From positions 31,186,001 through 31,250,000 of the forward strand of contig OZ038379.1 of the NCBI GenBank assembly GCA_964036045.1: a DNA stretch of 64,000 bases. Reading direction: 5' to 3'. Of this stretch, positions 10,501 to 23,800 are shown piece after piece; position 1 is the stretch's first letter, and every line of letters starts with the position of its first letter. The translations under genes and the position numbers were made by a program. The notes under the pieces were generated by a model. The model was given only the letters and a program-made list of their open reading frames with translations. It was not told the origin of the DNA and made no database searches. The stretch is from Eutreptiella sp. 'Long Island Sound 2002'. Lineage: Eukaryota; Protista; Euglenida.

Positions 10501-13500
10501 GGGCCGAGGGCAGTACCACGAAATTGCCTGCGGTGATTGGGGCGTTGTAGCCGTCCACGACGGCAATGAGCACGCCTTCTTTGATATTGGAATTGTCGCT
10601 GAACTGCAGCGTGCACTCCACTGTGGCACGCCCCATCAGCCGCGGCAGGCGTGCGTACTTGTCGGGGATCTCAAAGGGGAACCTCCCCAACATGGCGTCC
10701 TCCATATCACCCACATGCGCCAGAGCCTGACGAGAAGGGGTGGTGGGCAGTCGCATGGAGGGCACACCCTCTCCCATCGACATGCCAATGAGTCTATGGA
10801 GGGCGGCACGCGACCGTGGGCAGACACCACGTGCTGATGCTGGCTTGTGCCTTAACCCTCTGCACCTCGCCACCTATTCCCAAAACCTCAGGCCACCCTC
10901 CATCTTCCTGCCCATCACCTCAGTGCCATATCCGGTAGGCAGCCGTCCCGGTGCCCTGAGATAGTCACAGTCACGTACACTGACGCAACAAAATCATCAC
11001 GGGTATGAGTCTGCTGAGTAGAGGCGATCGACGGCGGTTGTGAGCTGACTGAGCAGCCACCAACCGACGGCGGCTAAGTAGCACGAGAGCCCGGGTGGTA
11101 CAGAAGATGGAGGGTGTTCCATAAAGGCTGTTTGATTAACGCCTGGCGCTTTGTGTGCTCTGCTCTGTGTGATTGTGACTGTTTGTGTCCATTGGGAGTT
11201 TGGGGGGGGGGGGGGGGCAAAAATTACAGGGTCAGAGTTGGATATTAGTCGCACTGCTCCCCCATTACAGCCTCACTGCTCCCGTGGCCTCCACTCCCCT
11301 GCCGAGCCGTCAGAGGTTTCTTATGAAGCCCTCCACATGCCCGTAAAGAAAGCCCGGAGTGTGCTCCCATATCTGATGTGGGGAGTGCAACACAGGGCAC
11401 AGGAGGGGCGCATCACCATTGTTGGCGCTGCATTGCATTTCGAGCACTTTCACACTCCTCTGATCATGAGAGATCATGAGCCCTGGATGATTTCTGAGAG
11501 CGAGAATAGGGGTCCACGGGAAACAGCATTCACTGCTGATCGAAAGAAGTATTGTTTAGTGGCGGGTCAGCGAAGGCGGGACAGAGGGAGGGTTGCAGGT
11601 CGCGTGAACCATGAGACCGAAGGTGCTGGCGAACATATCCGGACCGGCTGTCTGCGTTCTCGGGTGAAGTGGTGTTCCTCTGACCGCACACTGCGCGTGC
11701 CTTTGGGATCTGCTTCCTGATGAGGGGTGGGGTGCGCCGCTCACCACACTGCACCTTGCCATCGAACAAAGGCCGTGGAAGGAGGGGCAGCAGGGGGCTG
11801 GAGGGATGCCGGAAGGCAAGGCAGACACTGCTTTGCTTCTATCGCCTTGTCGTGGGAGGCGGCCTCCGACAACCCCGCCACCCCCCCCCCCCCCCCCCGA
11901 TCATGGACATCACCGACTACAAATGCGCTTCCCCAGTGGCTCGGGACAAGCACACAACCTAGACACACAACCCAGTGCGTACACCTGGAACTACCAGCCG
12001 ACATCCTCAGCCGTACTCAGTGCTTGTGGCAAACCACCCATGAGGGGAACCATCATCCCTGCATTGGATGGTTCCCTGCAACCCCCCCCCCCCCCCCCCC
12101 GGGGCACCACTGCCAGTGTGGGATGTGGAATGCGACCCACGTGCGGGGCTGATAAGGCTCGGAGCACGACCAAGCGACTTGCTATCGCATGACCCGCCAC
12201 CGGTCGCCCTCCAATCGGGCAGCTCCATGCGCTCCAAAAGGAGTGACCACCGTAGCAGACACGTTGCACCGCACCGCTCCCCTTCAGATGGGCCCACGTC
12301 CAAGTCCACGGTACCGGTACTGGCCACACGTGGAGGCAGTACCACTATAACTTGAAAAGGGGGAGTCGGCGTGAACGGGCATTACCGCCGCTGGTCTGCG
12401 CCAGAGGTGCAATCACCACATGCGGAATCGCGCACGGCGCGCTTCCCGCCCGCTTGCCGCTCCCCGCTCCACCAAATGGGATTCCGGTGGTGCGTTGCAC
12501 GGGCTGGCACCGATGGTGTTGTGCCGGGCAGCGTGCCTTGATCCACACCCCCATGGCATAGCGGCATCTCAGGCATTCGTCCGATGTGTTCGCCGCGATG
12601 TAAAGCAAAAACTGGGCGTCGTACATCTTGTACTACGCACTGGTGATATTGAGTGGGGATGGGAAATTGCGGCGCCGGGCAGGCGGCTTCAACGCACACG
12701 TTTGGGCACACACCCTCGGATCCGATCCCATTCCCTTGTGCACCTGCTTCTGATATCTGGCGAGGGTCGCCTCATCGGCAGTACCAAGTCCGCTCTTGAA
12801 TGCTGCAACACTCTTTTCAAAGGCGGCAAGCGCTGATAGGCCCTGTGTGAGTGGTGGGCACCAGCGGGGCAAGCTAACAAGGGAGGCTGTGCAGTAGGGA
12901 GGGACTGGGGGGGAGAAGGGGGGTGGAAAGAATTTGCACGCGATGGAGGCTGGGGAAAAGGAAGGAACGAAATGCATGGGCTGCTCACCCGCCTCAAGGA
13001 GGCAGTGGAGACCGCACTGGAGCGCTGGAGCCCGCCCAGGCACCGGCACCGGGGGATTCAAGTGGATGCGTGTGATGGACCCACGCCAGAACTGAAGGGC
13101 CACCGGGCCCGTAGTCCTGTGTTCAAGGCCCGTGCGATGCTCGACAACCAAGAGTGCTGGGCGTTGGAGCAGGTTTGCGCTCTCTGCACATCCGCTTTCT
13201 CTTTGTTCTTGAGCTGATGTGGTCACAGCCGGTTCTGTATGCTGCGGCTGCAACCTGCTTGATGTGTCCGTTCTGGCCCGGTTTTCGGGCCAAATTTGGC
13301 CAAAATCGCCATGCGGCCACTGGGGTTGCTGCCGGCTGGGACCCGACCCCAAGGGGGGGGGGGGGGTGGTCTACAGACCTCAAAATGGTTGCATGGGACA
13401 ATGGGTTTTGTGGGCGCCAGAGGCACCAATTTTGTTTTAGTCTTATGGCATGGGGTGGATTTCGCATGTGTTTATACTCAGAATGCTCAGTTTTTTCAGG

Positions 13501-14839
13501 GGATTTCAAATATGCCAAAGACATGTTGTTCGACAATTTCCGTGCCCCAACGGCACCAAAGGCGAAGGCTACCGCACCACCAGCCCTGCCTGTTTTTATC
13601 CCTTCTCTTCTCTCTGTGCCGAGTACTGGCAGCAGTAGCAGCAGTAGCAGCACTGCAAGTTCCAGCACGAGTGCCTCATCACGCACTCGTGCATCGGCTA
13701 CCACTAGTGCCACATCTGGCACAAATGACTATGTGCTATTGGAGCCCAGGTCTGATGCACCCACAGCCCCCCCGGTCACAAGGTTGCAAGCACCTCAACC
13801 CAAAAAGCGCACTTGGCCAAAGAGTGCCGGCAAGAGGTCCCATGACAAGTGGCATGATGATTCTAACGCTTGATGCCCCTCCCCCCCTTCCCGTTTTTAG
13901 GCCCTTCCTTAGAAAGTGTTCCAAGTAACCACTCTTGGTCTTTGGCCCTTCCCTAGAAATTGTCCCAAGTAGCCGCTCTTGGTCGTAGGCCCTTCCCTAG
14001 AAAGTTGTCTCTGTTTGCAACAGGTGCAACAGGTCGTAGGCCCTTCCCTTCCCTTCATTGCTTCCTTTGTGTATTGTAACTCTAATCCCATGACCGCCTC
14101 AGGAGCCCAGCCCTCTGAGGTTCCCAGTGTGGCTAGTAATAATACCTAAGCCGATGATACCCGCCCCTCTATATGTTGGGTGGGGTAAGGGGCAGTGCGA
14201 ACTACCGGATCACACCTAGGCCGCATACTCAACCGTTCGGAGGTGCCCGACAAAAAGGTGGAAACAGGTGGTGGGTTTGGGTCCACGAAGCCCCCCCCCC
14301 ACCAACACCCCTCAGGGTCGGGACCTGGGCGGCGGCAACCCCCATGCATGCGGCACGAAGGATGGGCTCTGGGTGTAGGCTCGCTGTGGCCCAATATGCA
14401 CCGGGATGGGGGTCTGGGTGTCTGTTTGGGCCATTCTAATGGGTGGTCACAAAAAGTGGGGGATTGTGGATGGGGTGGCCTTGGAATTGGATTTTGAGGC
14501 ACGTGACCTGAGATGTGGCCCAATCTTGGTTTGGGGCTACTGCGTTGTTTCTGGCCAAATGCAGTGTTTCTGGGCCATTTTGGGCCATTTTTGCGGTCAT
14601 GGAGTTAGAAGATGCAACAGCCTTCATTGACACGAGGAGGGTGGTGTGGTGGTGCCATGACTGTTTCCGATGGTCCAGCCGCTTTGGCCCAGTTTGGGCC
14701 GAGTTTTGCCAAGAATGGCCGGAACTGGGCCAGTTCTACAGGGTAGACCCCCAACTTGTGGCCGGCGTTTCGGGCCGCCACCAGTGTGTTTTTTGCTCAA
14801 AGTCTGGATTTGGCAAGGCCACCAGCAGAGAGAGAGGGA

Positions 14840-14896
<57 letters not shown>

Positions 14897-17800
14897 CATT
14901 TGTTCATGGGGTATATGCCTTGGGCTTAAAGGCTGGAATCTTTATCCCTGTGTACCAGTGGGCAGGGGCACAAGCCCCTCGACTTAGGGCCGGCATCGGG
15001 CTGCTATGACGGAGTAATTCACAAAAGGGATTGCTGAATTGTTGCCTGCGGAGGGATTTATGGGGAGAGGATGTTGTCATGTACCTATGTCTTGGGAAAA
15101 TGATACCCCCTCAACCCCAACCGTGCAAGGGCCAAATTGCCAAACCAACGTGCTGTGCCTGCTTCTTATCACTGCCCATTTGTACCCCCATTTTGTCAGG
15201 AGGCAGAACAAGTTTCTCTGGATGCGCCAGTTGAAGTGGCCATTGGATACGCCAGTGAATCCCATCAGTGGAAGCCAGAACCAGAGGCCAGGCAGCCTTT
15301 GCTGCCTGGTGCTTGCTGGTCACCACCAATGGTCCCCAGGAGAAATCTGCCATGCTGTGGCATGGTGCGGCATGATTCAAGCTGCGGATGAGGGGGTAGG
15401 TCATCTGTCCATTACCACAGAGGCACCAGAAACTGATGCCCTGCAACCAAATGCATCCCAAACCACCTGCAAAGACTCTGCACACTGGCAAAAGACTCTG
15501 CACAGCTCTGCCCATTGGTTCCCCTTCTCAGCATGTTTCCCCTTCTTGTCCATATTGTTGATCGCCGAATGCATCATTCCTGTGCAGGCAATCGTGCCTC
15601 AAGATGTGGCCCATTCAATGGAATGCCCTTTCCACATGGCAGGCAGACTGAGGGCGTCGGGTAAAAAAGACTGCAAGGGAGGTCAATGCAGGAACATCCC
15701 AACATGCAACTGTTGCTGTAATCAGTAGTTTCCGTATCTCCTCCCAGCGATGACCAGTCAGGTTTTACAGTTTGACCCCAGGGTGGTCACTACACAGTGT
15801 TTACAGGTAAAAAAGGCGCCGTTGGACTAGGGGCTAGTCGTCGCACAATGCAGTCATTGCGCAAAGTTGGGGGGGGGGGGGCTAGTTTTTGTTGAGTAAT
15901 TGATGTCCCTCTGGCCCCAAGGTTCTGTCACCGGATTTAAGAGCAAGGTCTGAGGCTGAGACCATATGGGCTTTGACGTACGCTGTCTGGACGCCAAGAC
16001 CCTGGCACGAAATTTTTTGTGTCGTTTGCATGGAACACGGACGGGATACCAAGGGGGCCAAGGAGCCCCAATGCGTAGTGACGCGGGGCGCAGCACCTGA
16101 TCCTTGCTCCTGGGGGCAAAAGACGACACAATGTTCTGCCGCGCATCGTCCTTCAAGATCAGGGTCGAAATGGCGTTCATGGAGGTGCGCAAAGGACCCA
16201 CCGCTGGAGCACTGCCACGCTCATGTGCGCGACGAATTTCACTGCCTACACTCTCTAATTCCGATCTAATGCGCAGCATCTGAAGATGGTGAAGCGATGG
16301 AAGCACATCACAAGACCCCAAAAAGCAGCAACTGAGCCAAATGGCCGAACGCAAATTCAAAAGTCCAACTGCAAAAACCGGAATCCACAGGCAATCCAAC
16401 TCGCATACATCTGCGTGCGAACTTGGAACCGCCCTGTCCCAGTCACAAGGGGCCTTGCAACTTTTGGGCGTCAATGGAAAGAGGTTGAGTCCCTTGAGGA
16501 AATAAAAGCGATGGTGGTGACCGATCCTAGAGAGCTGGTGCACGGGATTGAGGAGCTGGAGGCGGTGAAGAAAGTGGGGTATGGATGCACAGAGAATCCA
16601 CACTGCAGGTGGTGCGGACTGATGGGGTACAGCGACACGACCAGGGCTGTCAACGGGCAGGAAAACAACTTCTTCCGCTGCGCTCCAGTGAAAAACCTCT
16701 TGACTTCAGCCAACAAACACTGGTTCGCTGATCACTGACAGCTGTCGGCGTGTTTACCAACACGTTGGGGGTTGGTGGCTATCTGGCATATGGTATCAAA
16801 CGGACATATTTGACTGTAATCCCCCGCAGTTTTCGCCTAAGCACCGAGGGGTGGCCAGTAACCACCAGTGCGGAGGGCAGGAAAGGGGTATCCAGAACTT
16901 ACACCAACAGCAGGAAGCCTGAAAGGAACGAGTCACAAGAAGCACAGGAACAGAAAGCCAAGACAAGAAGTACAAATGAACCATCCGACGAAAGGCAATC
17001 AAAAGACCACGAGCAGAAGACATCAAGAAAGACAGCATGCAAAAGCTGCAGATCCAGGTCAGAAACAAGATATGGGATGGGACGAGTGGGATGGAATGAT
17101 CTCCCCAGGCTTTCATAATACAGAACCCCTGGATCCATGAGCACTGCGGCACAGCACATTCGCACACCGCTGCAGATGCGGTAACAGGTACTCCGCTGCC
17201 ACAGCACCCAAGATTGAGGTGCTGATGGGGGCAAGATACACAAAGGGCCCCCCCGAAAAGAGCGAAGCACCAATCTAATCCAAGCCAATCCCCACCGCCC
17301 TGTACGGGTACGGGTACAGGTAGGGGGGGGGGGGGTACGAAGGGGGGTATGGGAGAGGGGGGTAGGGGGGGGGACTTCGTGCCATATATGACGACACACA
17401 CTCAGGGCAAGAAAAGATTCTATCCCTGAACGCAAATGTGCACACAATTTCTGTGGCCTCATGCCCCACACTACATGCATGCACACATATTGCCGCCTTG
17501 CAACATGTGTCATGATTGAAGTTAGACGAGCTGGGTTTGTCATCCTTGATGGCATGGTTGTCCTAGATAATGTTCCTCTATATTGCTTGAAGAAACGGGC
17601 TTCATAGCACCTATCTTTGAGAAAGCATGCTTGAAACCAGGGCCGCATACCATCCCGGGGTCTCAGGTCACGCGGCCAACGAGGCCCGCAACTCTGACAG
17701 CAAATGGCCCCATAACGCCCGGGACCCGAAGTTGGTGTCCCGCAACCACGCTAGTGTACACTGCTGCTTTAGCTCTGTTGTAGGGGCCACACGTGGCGCC

Positions 17801-20800
17801 CCACACACTCACAACACGCACTACTGCAGTTGCACGGGCTCCGAACCGGCGCCCCACACTCGCGAAGCAAGCTCCCGCAGAGGCCCAAAGCCATTGCCCC
17901 ACATACTCTGCATGGCCCTGGAACCGGTGCCCCACACACTCTGCAGGGGCCCAAAGCCAGTGGCCCACACACTCACTGCACCATCGACGGATCCACCCCT
18001 CACCACCCTAGCGAGAGCAACCAGATAGCAAGAACGGTGGTCAGTTTGAGTGACATATGGGCGTCCGCCCGGTTTTGCTGGCACCGGGACAAGCGGGAAA
18101 TGCACCTAGGCTCCGACCTCCACCATCTCTACCTGGGCCCCGATCCCCGCCCCTATATGAGCGTGGGACCCACGATTCCACGGGGACACCATCCAACGGT
18201 TGGCGCTAAAGGGGCCACAGCCGCCACTAGACTAGCTAGAGGCCGAGCTTTACCCGGTCAAAGCCGAGCCACGGGTGTCGCCCAACCTGGTCGCCCTTGG
18301 CCGTGCCCTCTGGCCCTCCTCCTGGGACACCCTAACTTGGCGAGTACAGTCCCTGCCCGGCCGCTGGAGGTGCTTGTTGCAAAGCCGACGTTGCCCGGTT
18401 CTCGTCCCGGCAACAGGAGATGGCGCGACCCCTCCGCGGTGCAGCCGCCTTACCATGTGCTCTACCCTCGGCATGTGGACTGCGTCCCTGCACGGCCGCC
18501 GCGCGGCCCATCGGATGTGCCGCCCCCGTACGCGTCATTTGTCTAGAGCAAACTGCTGACCTGTGGGGCTAGATGCCAACTTCGTCGCCGTGATGGCTGC
18601 CCGTGCAGCCCGTTGCAGCACCATCCCCGTACTCTCTGTTGTGTCCTATAGTGATCTGGGACTTGCCTCCGCGCTGAGGTGCCTTGCGAGGTGCGTGTGC
18701 GCCCTTGCAGTGTCACTGCGCGCTGCTAGGTATTGCGGTTGAGTGGTTTTTGCCACGCGTGCTTGTGTGATTCTGGTCTGTGCTTGTAAACCGGCTGAAT
18801 GGCCCGCGGCCTCGCGCTCGAGGAGGGTGTATGCAATGGGTGGCCTCTGCTAACACTAACTGTCCCGCGCTGGCTAGTGGCTCATGGTGCCCTGCTGCCA
18901 TATGGTGCAAGGGTTCCGCCCCCCACAGCACAGAGAACCACACCCCAACGCCTCGGGACGTCCACCTTGGAGGGCCCATGTGTGACAGTGCACACTCTGG
19001 ACGCACCCACCTTGTAGACACCTGTAACTGCCCAAGCATTCTTGGCCTTGATGGCCGAGCACTGTCAAATGACAGATTTTTCAAGTCATACATAACCTGT
19101 AACAAGGGGGGGGGGGAGGGGGGTAGGGAGGTACCCAGGCCCGCTCACGCTGCATGCTCACGGGACGTGGGGTGGGTGGGCGGAGGGAGGAAGTATAGGA
19201 CAACAGCCAGTCACCGATTGGCCAGCGACCCCTCCACAGCCCGTACTCCCAGGTGAGCTCCGGCCGCTCTAGTCCACGGGGCCCTTGGGCCCCTGGATCG
19301 CGCAGTGCTCCGCACCGCCTAACCGATCTTTTTGTGGGTCTCCTTGAAGGAGCTTGTGAGCCAGCCGCGCAACGAGATGGTGACATCCTCCTCCGAAGTG
19401 GAGCTCGTCTTTTTGGCGGAGACTGATGCGGGCTACCGATGGCCATAGGGCGCGGAATAGTTCTGGGTTGTAGTGACAATGACCCCTGCGCCTTCCGATT
19501 GATCCTCCACCAAGCCTGCCTTCCGTGTCCCTCCCTCGTCCCTTATGGCTCGCATGCGTGGCATCGTGTGGCTTGCCCTGTGCTGGCTCCTGGGGTTTGT
19601 GGGGTCACCTGACTGGCAACTACCTTGTCAAGAGGCTCCCCCGTAGGTGCCTCAAAAACGGTAGGCCCATCCTGCTGGAGCCCTACATATTCGGGCTAGA
19701 AACAGGTCCAGTGTTCCAGCGCATGCATCCCCTCGCCGAAGCTACGGGCTGGAACGTCTTTTCTTCTTTCACCTATCGGGCGGCACTATCCCCTGTTCTA
19801 TGCGCCCTTCCGTGTCGCTGGTTGGTGCCCTTCTGGCTTGTTAGGCATGGCCGGCTATGTGTGGGTGACTGGGACGAGAAGGATGCAGTTTGGAACACCG
19901 TCCACCAATGCTTGGGGCTATTAGTGCGGCATTGGGCCTCCTAGGCATTGCCGAAGGGGCTGAGCATCTCTTTGGGCGCTTTCGCGTGCGTGTGTTCCAT
20001 TTGGGCTAGGGTGCCCGCATGGTATGGCCCACAAGGGGGCACGGCGGGATAGTATGGGGGTGGGGCTATACGGGTGCACGGATAAGGTTTGCTCACAGTT
20101 CAATCGGGGTGTGGTGGATGCAGCAATGGACCCCTCCACTTTCCTCCCCGTGGCCTCTTCTTCCGGGCCCTTGTGTCTGCGCACGCCATGGAATGCCCGG
20201 GTGTGGGTCCTGGAGATGTCCTTGAATGATGACCGCCGCCTATTTGGCAAGATGCCCGAGGCTTTAGACCGGGTTCTTCAAGCCAACTACCACGCCTGCT
20301 GGGCGGCTGGCAGCACCCCCAATGTGGTCAAGTTGAAAGGTTTTCCCCTCGCCCTGGAGGTAGGTGTCATTTGGTACCTCCTCGGGGCCTGGGACTGCTA
20401 CTTGGGTCCTGTAGGGTGGGAGAAGGAAGGGCTGCTGATGACAAGGATTCCCTTGATCCAGACCGAAGCCCAGACGGACAAGCTTTGGCGGATAGAGCAG
20501 CGGCTGTACTGTATCGTGCGCGCGTTGAGGTCCCTTTGCCCCTTCTGCATCGTAGTACTACGCAGGGTTGTGGCGTAATTCCTATCTTGTGCTGATTTTG
20601 TGTTCGAAGCAGTAGGTGTGGCCCCGGCGCAGCTGTAGCAAACCAAGTGCCTTAAGCAAGTCGCTGCACCTTCTTTGTCCTGGGCACGGGGGGAACCATA
20701 ATCGCACTTGATGCCACCCACACCCCAGCTATGGGTCAAAACTTGCAAGATGGGGGGGCAGTTGAGGCGGGGTGGGGGGGGGGTTGGCAGAGGGTGGGAG

Positions 20801-23800
20801 GGGGGGAGGGGTATCGAGGCTTGGCGGGGGGTCCCAAGAGGGGGGGGGGGCTACGCGCGACCCACTACTACCACATGCATGTGTGTGTTCGGGGGCATGG
20901 GGGTATAGAGGTATGTATGCGATAATAGGCATTTCTTGCCTTTGCCGGGAAGAAAGTCTTAAGGGTCTTAGGATTAAAGGTTTAGTACCCCATTCAAGTA
21001 AGCATGGGACAAAAATTTTGGCGCCGTTGGCGCCATGGGCCATGCAGCGGTTTCCTTCAAAACTAGGGGGGGGGGGTCGCATACAAGGACCTCCCCCCCC
21101 CCCCCCCCGGGTCCCGAGCCTCTGCCGTGTATCCTTCACGCGGCGTTGTATGGTACTCTCTGTCTGTGGTGCGTGTTGTTGTACCGTGTGATTATCCAAT
21201 GTGGTGTGAGGCCGGTCCTACGTCCGTACACGGCCCCGTTGATGTGGTTACCAACGGACCTCCAGACGGTGACCAAGTGGGCTAGTCCACAGCAGTCGTT
21301 TCCCCTTGAAGTGTTGTCGCAGAGGCCTGATCTAGGTGTGCCATGGTTGGCATGTCGTCATGAGTAGCCGAGTGGTGCGGCAAAACCGTAGCCTCATGGC
21401 TGTTAGGTCAGCTCGGTGTGCCCCACGAGTCTGTCCGCTCCTTCGTGCCGGACAATAGTGGTGCCACGTTCGGCGAGGATGGCGGTCGTGCCTCCCGCAG
21501 CCTACAAGTGGGCATTCTCGGCCTCCGCTAGTGCTCAGCCACGGTAGCATCAAGGCTGGACCAGTAAGAGTGATGCAGAGCACGTAGTCCAGGCACAGAC
21601 CATAGAGACCTGGCAGTCTCATGGGCTAGGGCATTGCGGCTGTTGGGGGCTAGAAGTAGCCTAGACACCTGGCGGGGACAAAAGCAACGCAACACATCGG
21701 GAAGCCAAATCTCAAGGAGGCTACTGTATGCGGCCGTCTTGCTGCAAAGTGGGGTGGCACAGGTTTATGTGCCTTCGAAGCATAAATCCAGCCGCCGGTC
21801 GCCAATGGCATTGGTGCAGGCGCAATCTACCACTCAGGCCAAGCAAATTTGGGCTTTCTTATCCATTAGACACCAATGGCACCGAGTGGCCCGATGGTCT
21901 GCACAGTAAAGGCACTAGTGCTATGTGGCATTTGGGCTTTCTTATCCATGAAACACCAATTGCACCGAGTGGCCGGATGGTCTGCACAGTACTGGCACTC
22001 GTGCTATGTGGGATTTGGGCTCTTCTACCAATGGAACACCAATTGCGCCGAGTAGCCGGATGTTCTACACAGTACAGGCACTAGCGTTATGTGGGATTAG
22101 GATTTCCCTCCCTCGATCTTGGTCTCACAAGCACAACACAAACTCAGGCACGTGCTCCATCACTGGCCGCCGGTGGGTTGTGGGGTCAATGTTGTGTGAG
22201 TGTGCATGAGTGTATGGAAACAACTCGTTGCATAGGGCGGGCGGGCAGGCAGTGATCAACCAAGTATAAAAATATTATGAAATCAGATATGCACATGCAT
22301 GAGAAATCTGGCGATTCCCGACTGTGAATCCCTGAATTTCCCTCCCTGGATCTTGGTCTAACAAGCACATCACAAACTCAGGCACATGCTCCATCACTGG
22401 CCGCGCATAGCCCACCATCAGTGCAAGTAGTAGCATGCAGACATGGGCATAACTTCTGCGCTTCTGGGCCTGTGGGGATGGACCGTTTCAGGTACCTTCG
22501 GTGTCAAGACCCCTGAGGGCTTCATATCCTGCGTAAAAACACCGGTTCATCTCCTGCCCTAGACCCATGACTCGCATGTACAGTACATCCCAGGGGTATG
22601 TAACTCGCGTCCTCCAGTACACGCTCAAGAAGCATGTCATGTCCTTAGGGAGACTCATCCAAGTACCTGTGTCAGTGCTGCCCACCCCTCTAGGGGCCGC
22701 GTCAGTGCACGTAGTTGCATGCAGACGTGGGATTAAAAACCTGAGCGTCTAGGCTTGTGGCGTTGGTCCTATCCGTGCACCCTCGGTGGCATGACACCGA
22801 AGGGCTTTAGAAACCGTGTAGAATCCGTGTAAAGACACGGGTACGTCGCCTGCCCTAGACCCATGGCTCGCCCGTACAGTGCCTCCCAGGAGTATGACAC
22901 CACCGTCCTCCAGAATACTCGCGAAAGAGCATGCCACGTCCTTAGGGACACTCAACAAGGCATCTGTGTCAGCGCTTCTTAAGCGTGCTGTCTGATGCAT
23001 GGCTGTGTAATTCAAGACGTATCGACTACGGGCACTGCATCGCCTGCCATTGGGTTAGATTGTTCGAATAGGACGTGTTCCTAATGGCGCACGATACCGG
23101 GCTTTCCCGAAAACCAAATGTGGTGATAACCCCTGGCCTGGCTGGCAAAGCCGGAAACTGATCTCCGTCCGCCTGGGGTAGGGACAATCAGGGAGACCTC
23201 CCAATCAAAGACGTGACGCTGAGATGTGTCTTTGCAGATCCACCGTATCAGCATGTTTTGCATGCTCTCTGTTTCAATGTCCAAATCACTTGGACGAGTA
23301 GGGAGTACATCTCCTACTTGAGCATCACCTCTGGTTGCCCCCTGGTCGTGACCACCTCCATGGCCGTTCTAGCTTCCGAGCTGAAGTGCAGTCGTAGCCA
23401 AATTATTTAATTGCGCCCCCCTAGATCATCGCGTGATGTGTGAGTCTCAGCTTCTCCAATGCCTCTTGCTGCACTTCTGCCAAGCGTCGAATGGCCGGCA
23501 TCTTGAAGCGTTGTCTTTCCTGTTGTGGCTTAGGCCCTTCATCCCTTTGGTAGCATGACACCGAAGGGCCTTAGCTCACGTGTGAAGACACGGGCATGTA
23601 CAAAAATGTTGTGGCATGGAGGTCAGTACTTGTCAGGCGCCACCGCACGGGGCAAACATGTGCTCAGACCCGTGCCGAACCCATGTGGGTCAGCTGTCGG
23701 ACATTGGACATGAGGGTTCCCCACTTGGACACGGCGTCTACCGTTGCCCTAGTTATTGATGTTGGGTCGGTCCCCTTCAACCTGGACAGGGCATGCACCA

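Noticed and set aside
13510-13873. Ser/Thr-rich ORF end with QPKKRTW inside intron 3
   Set aside because: It is low-complexity (AGC/AGT repeats) with no domain signature and cannot be supported as a gene.
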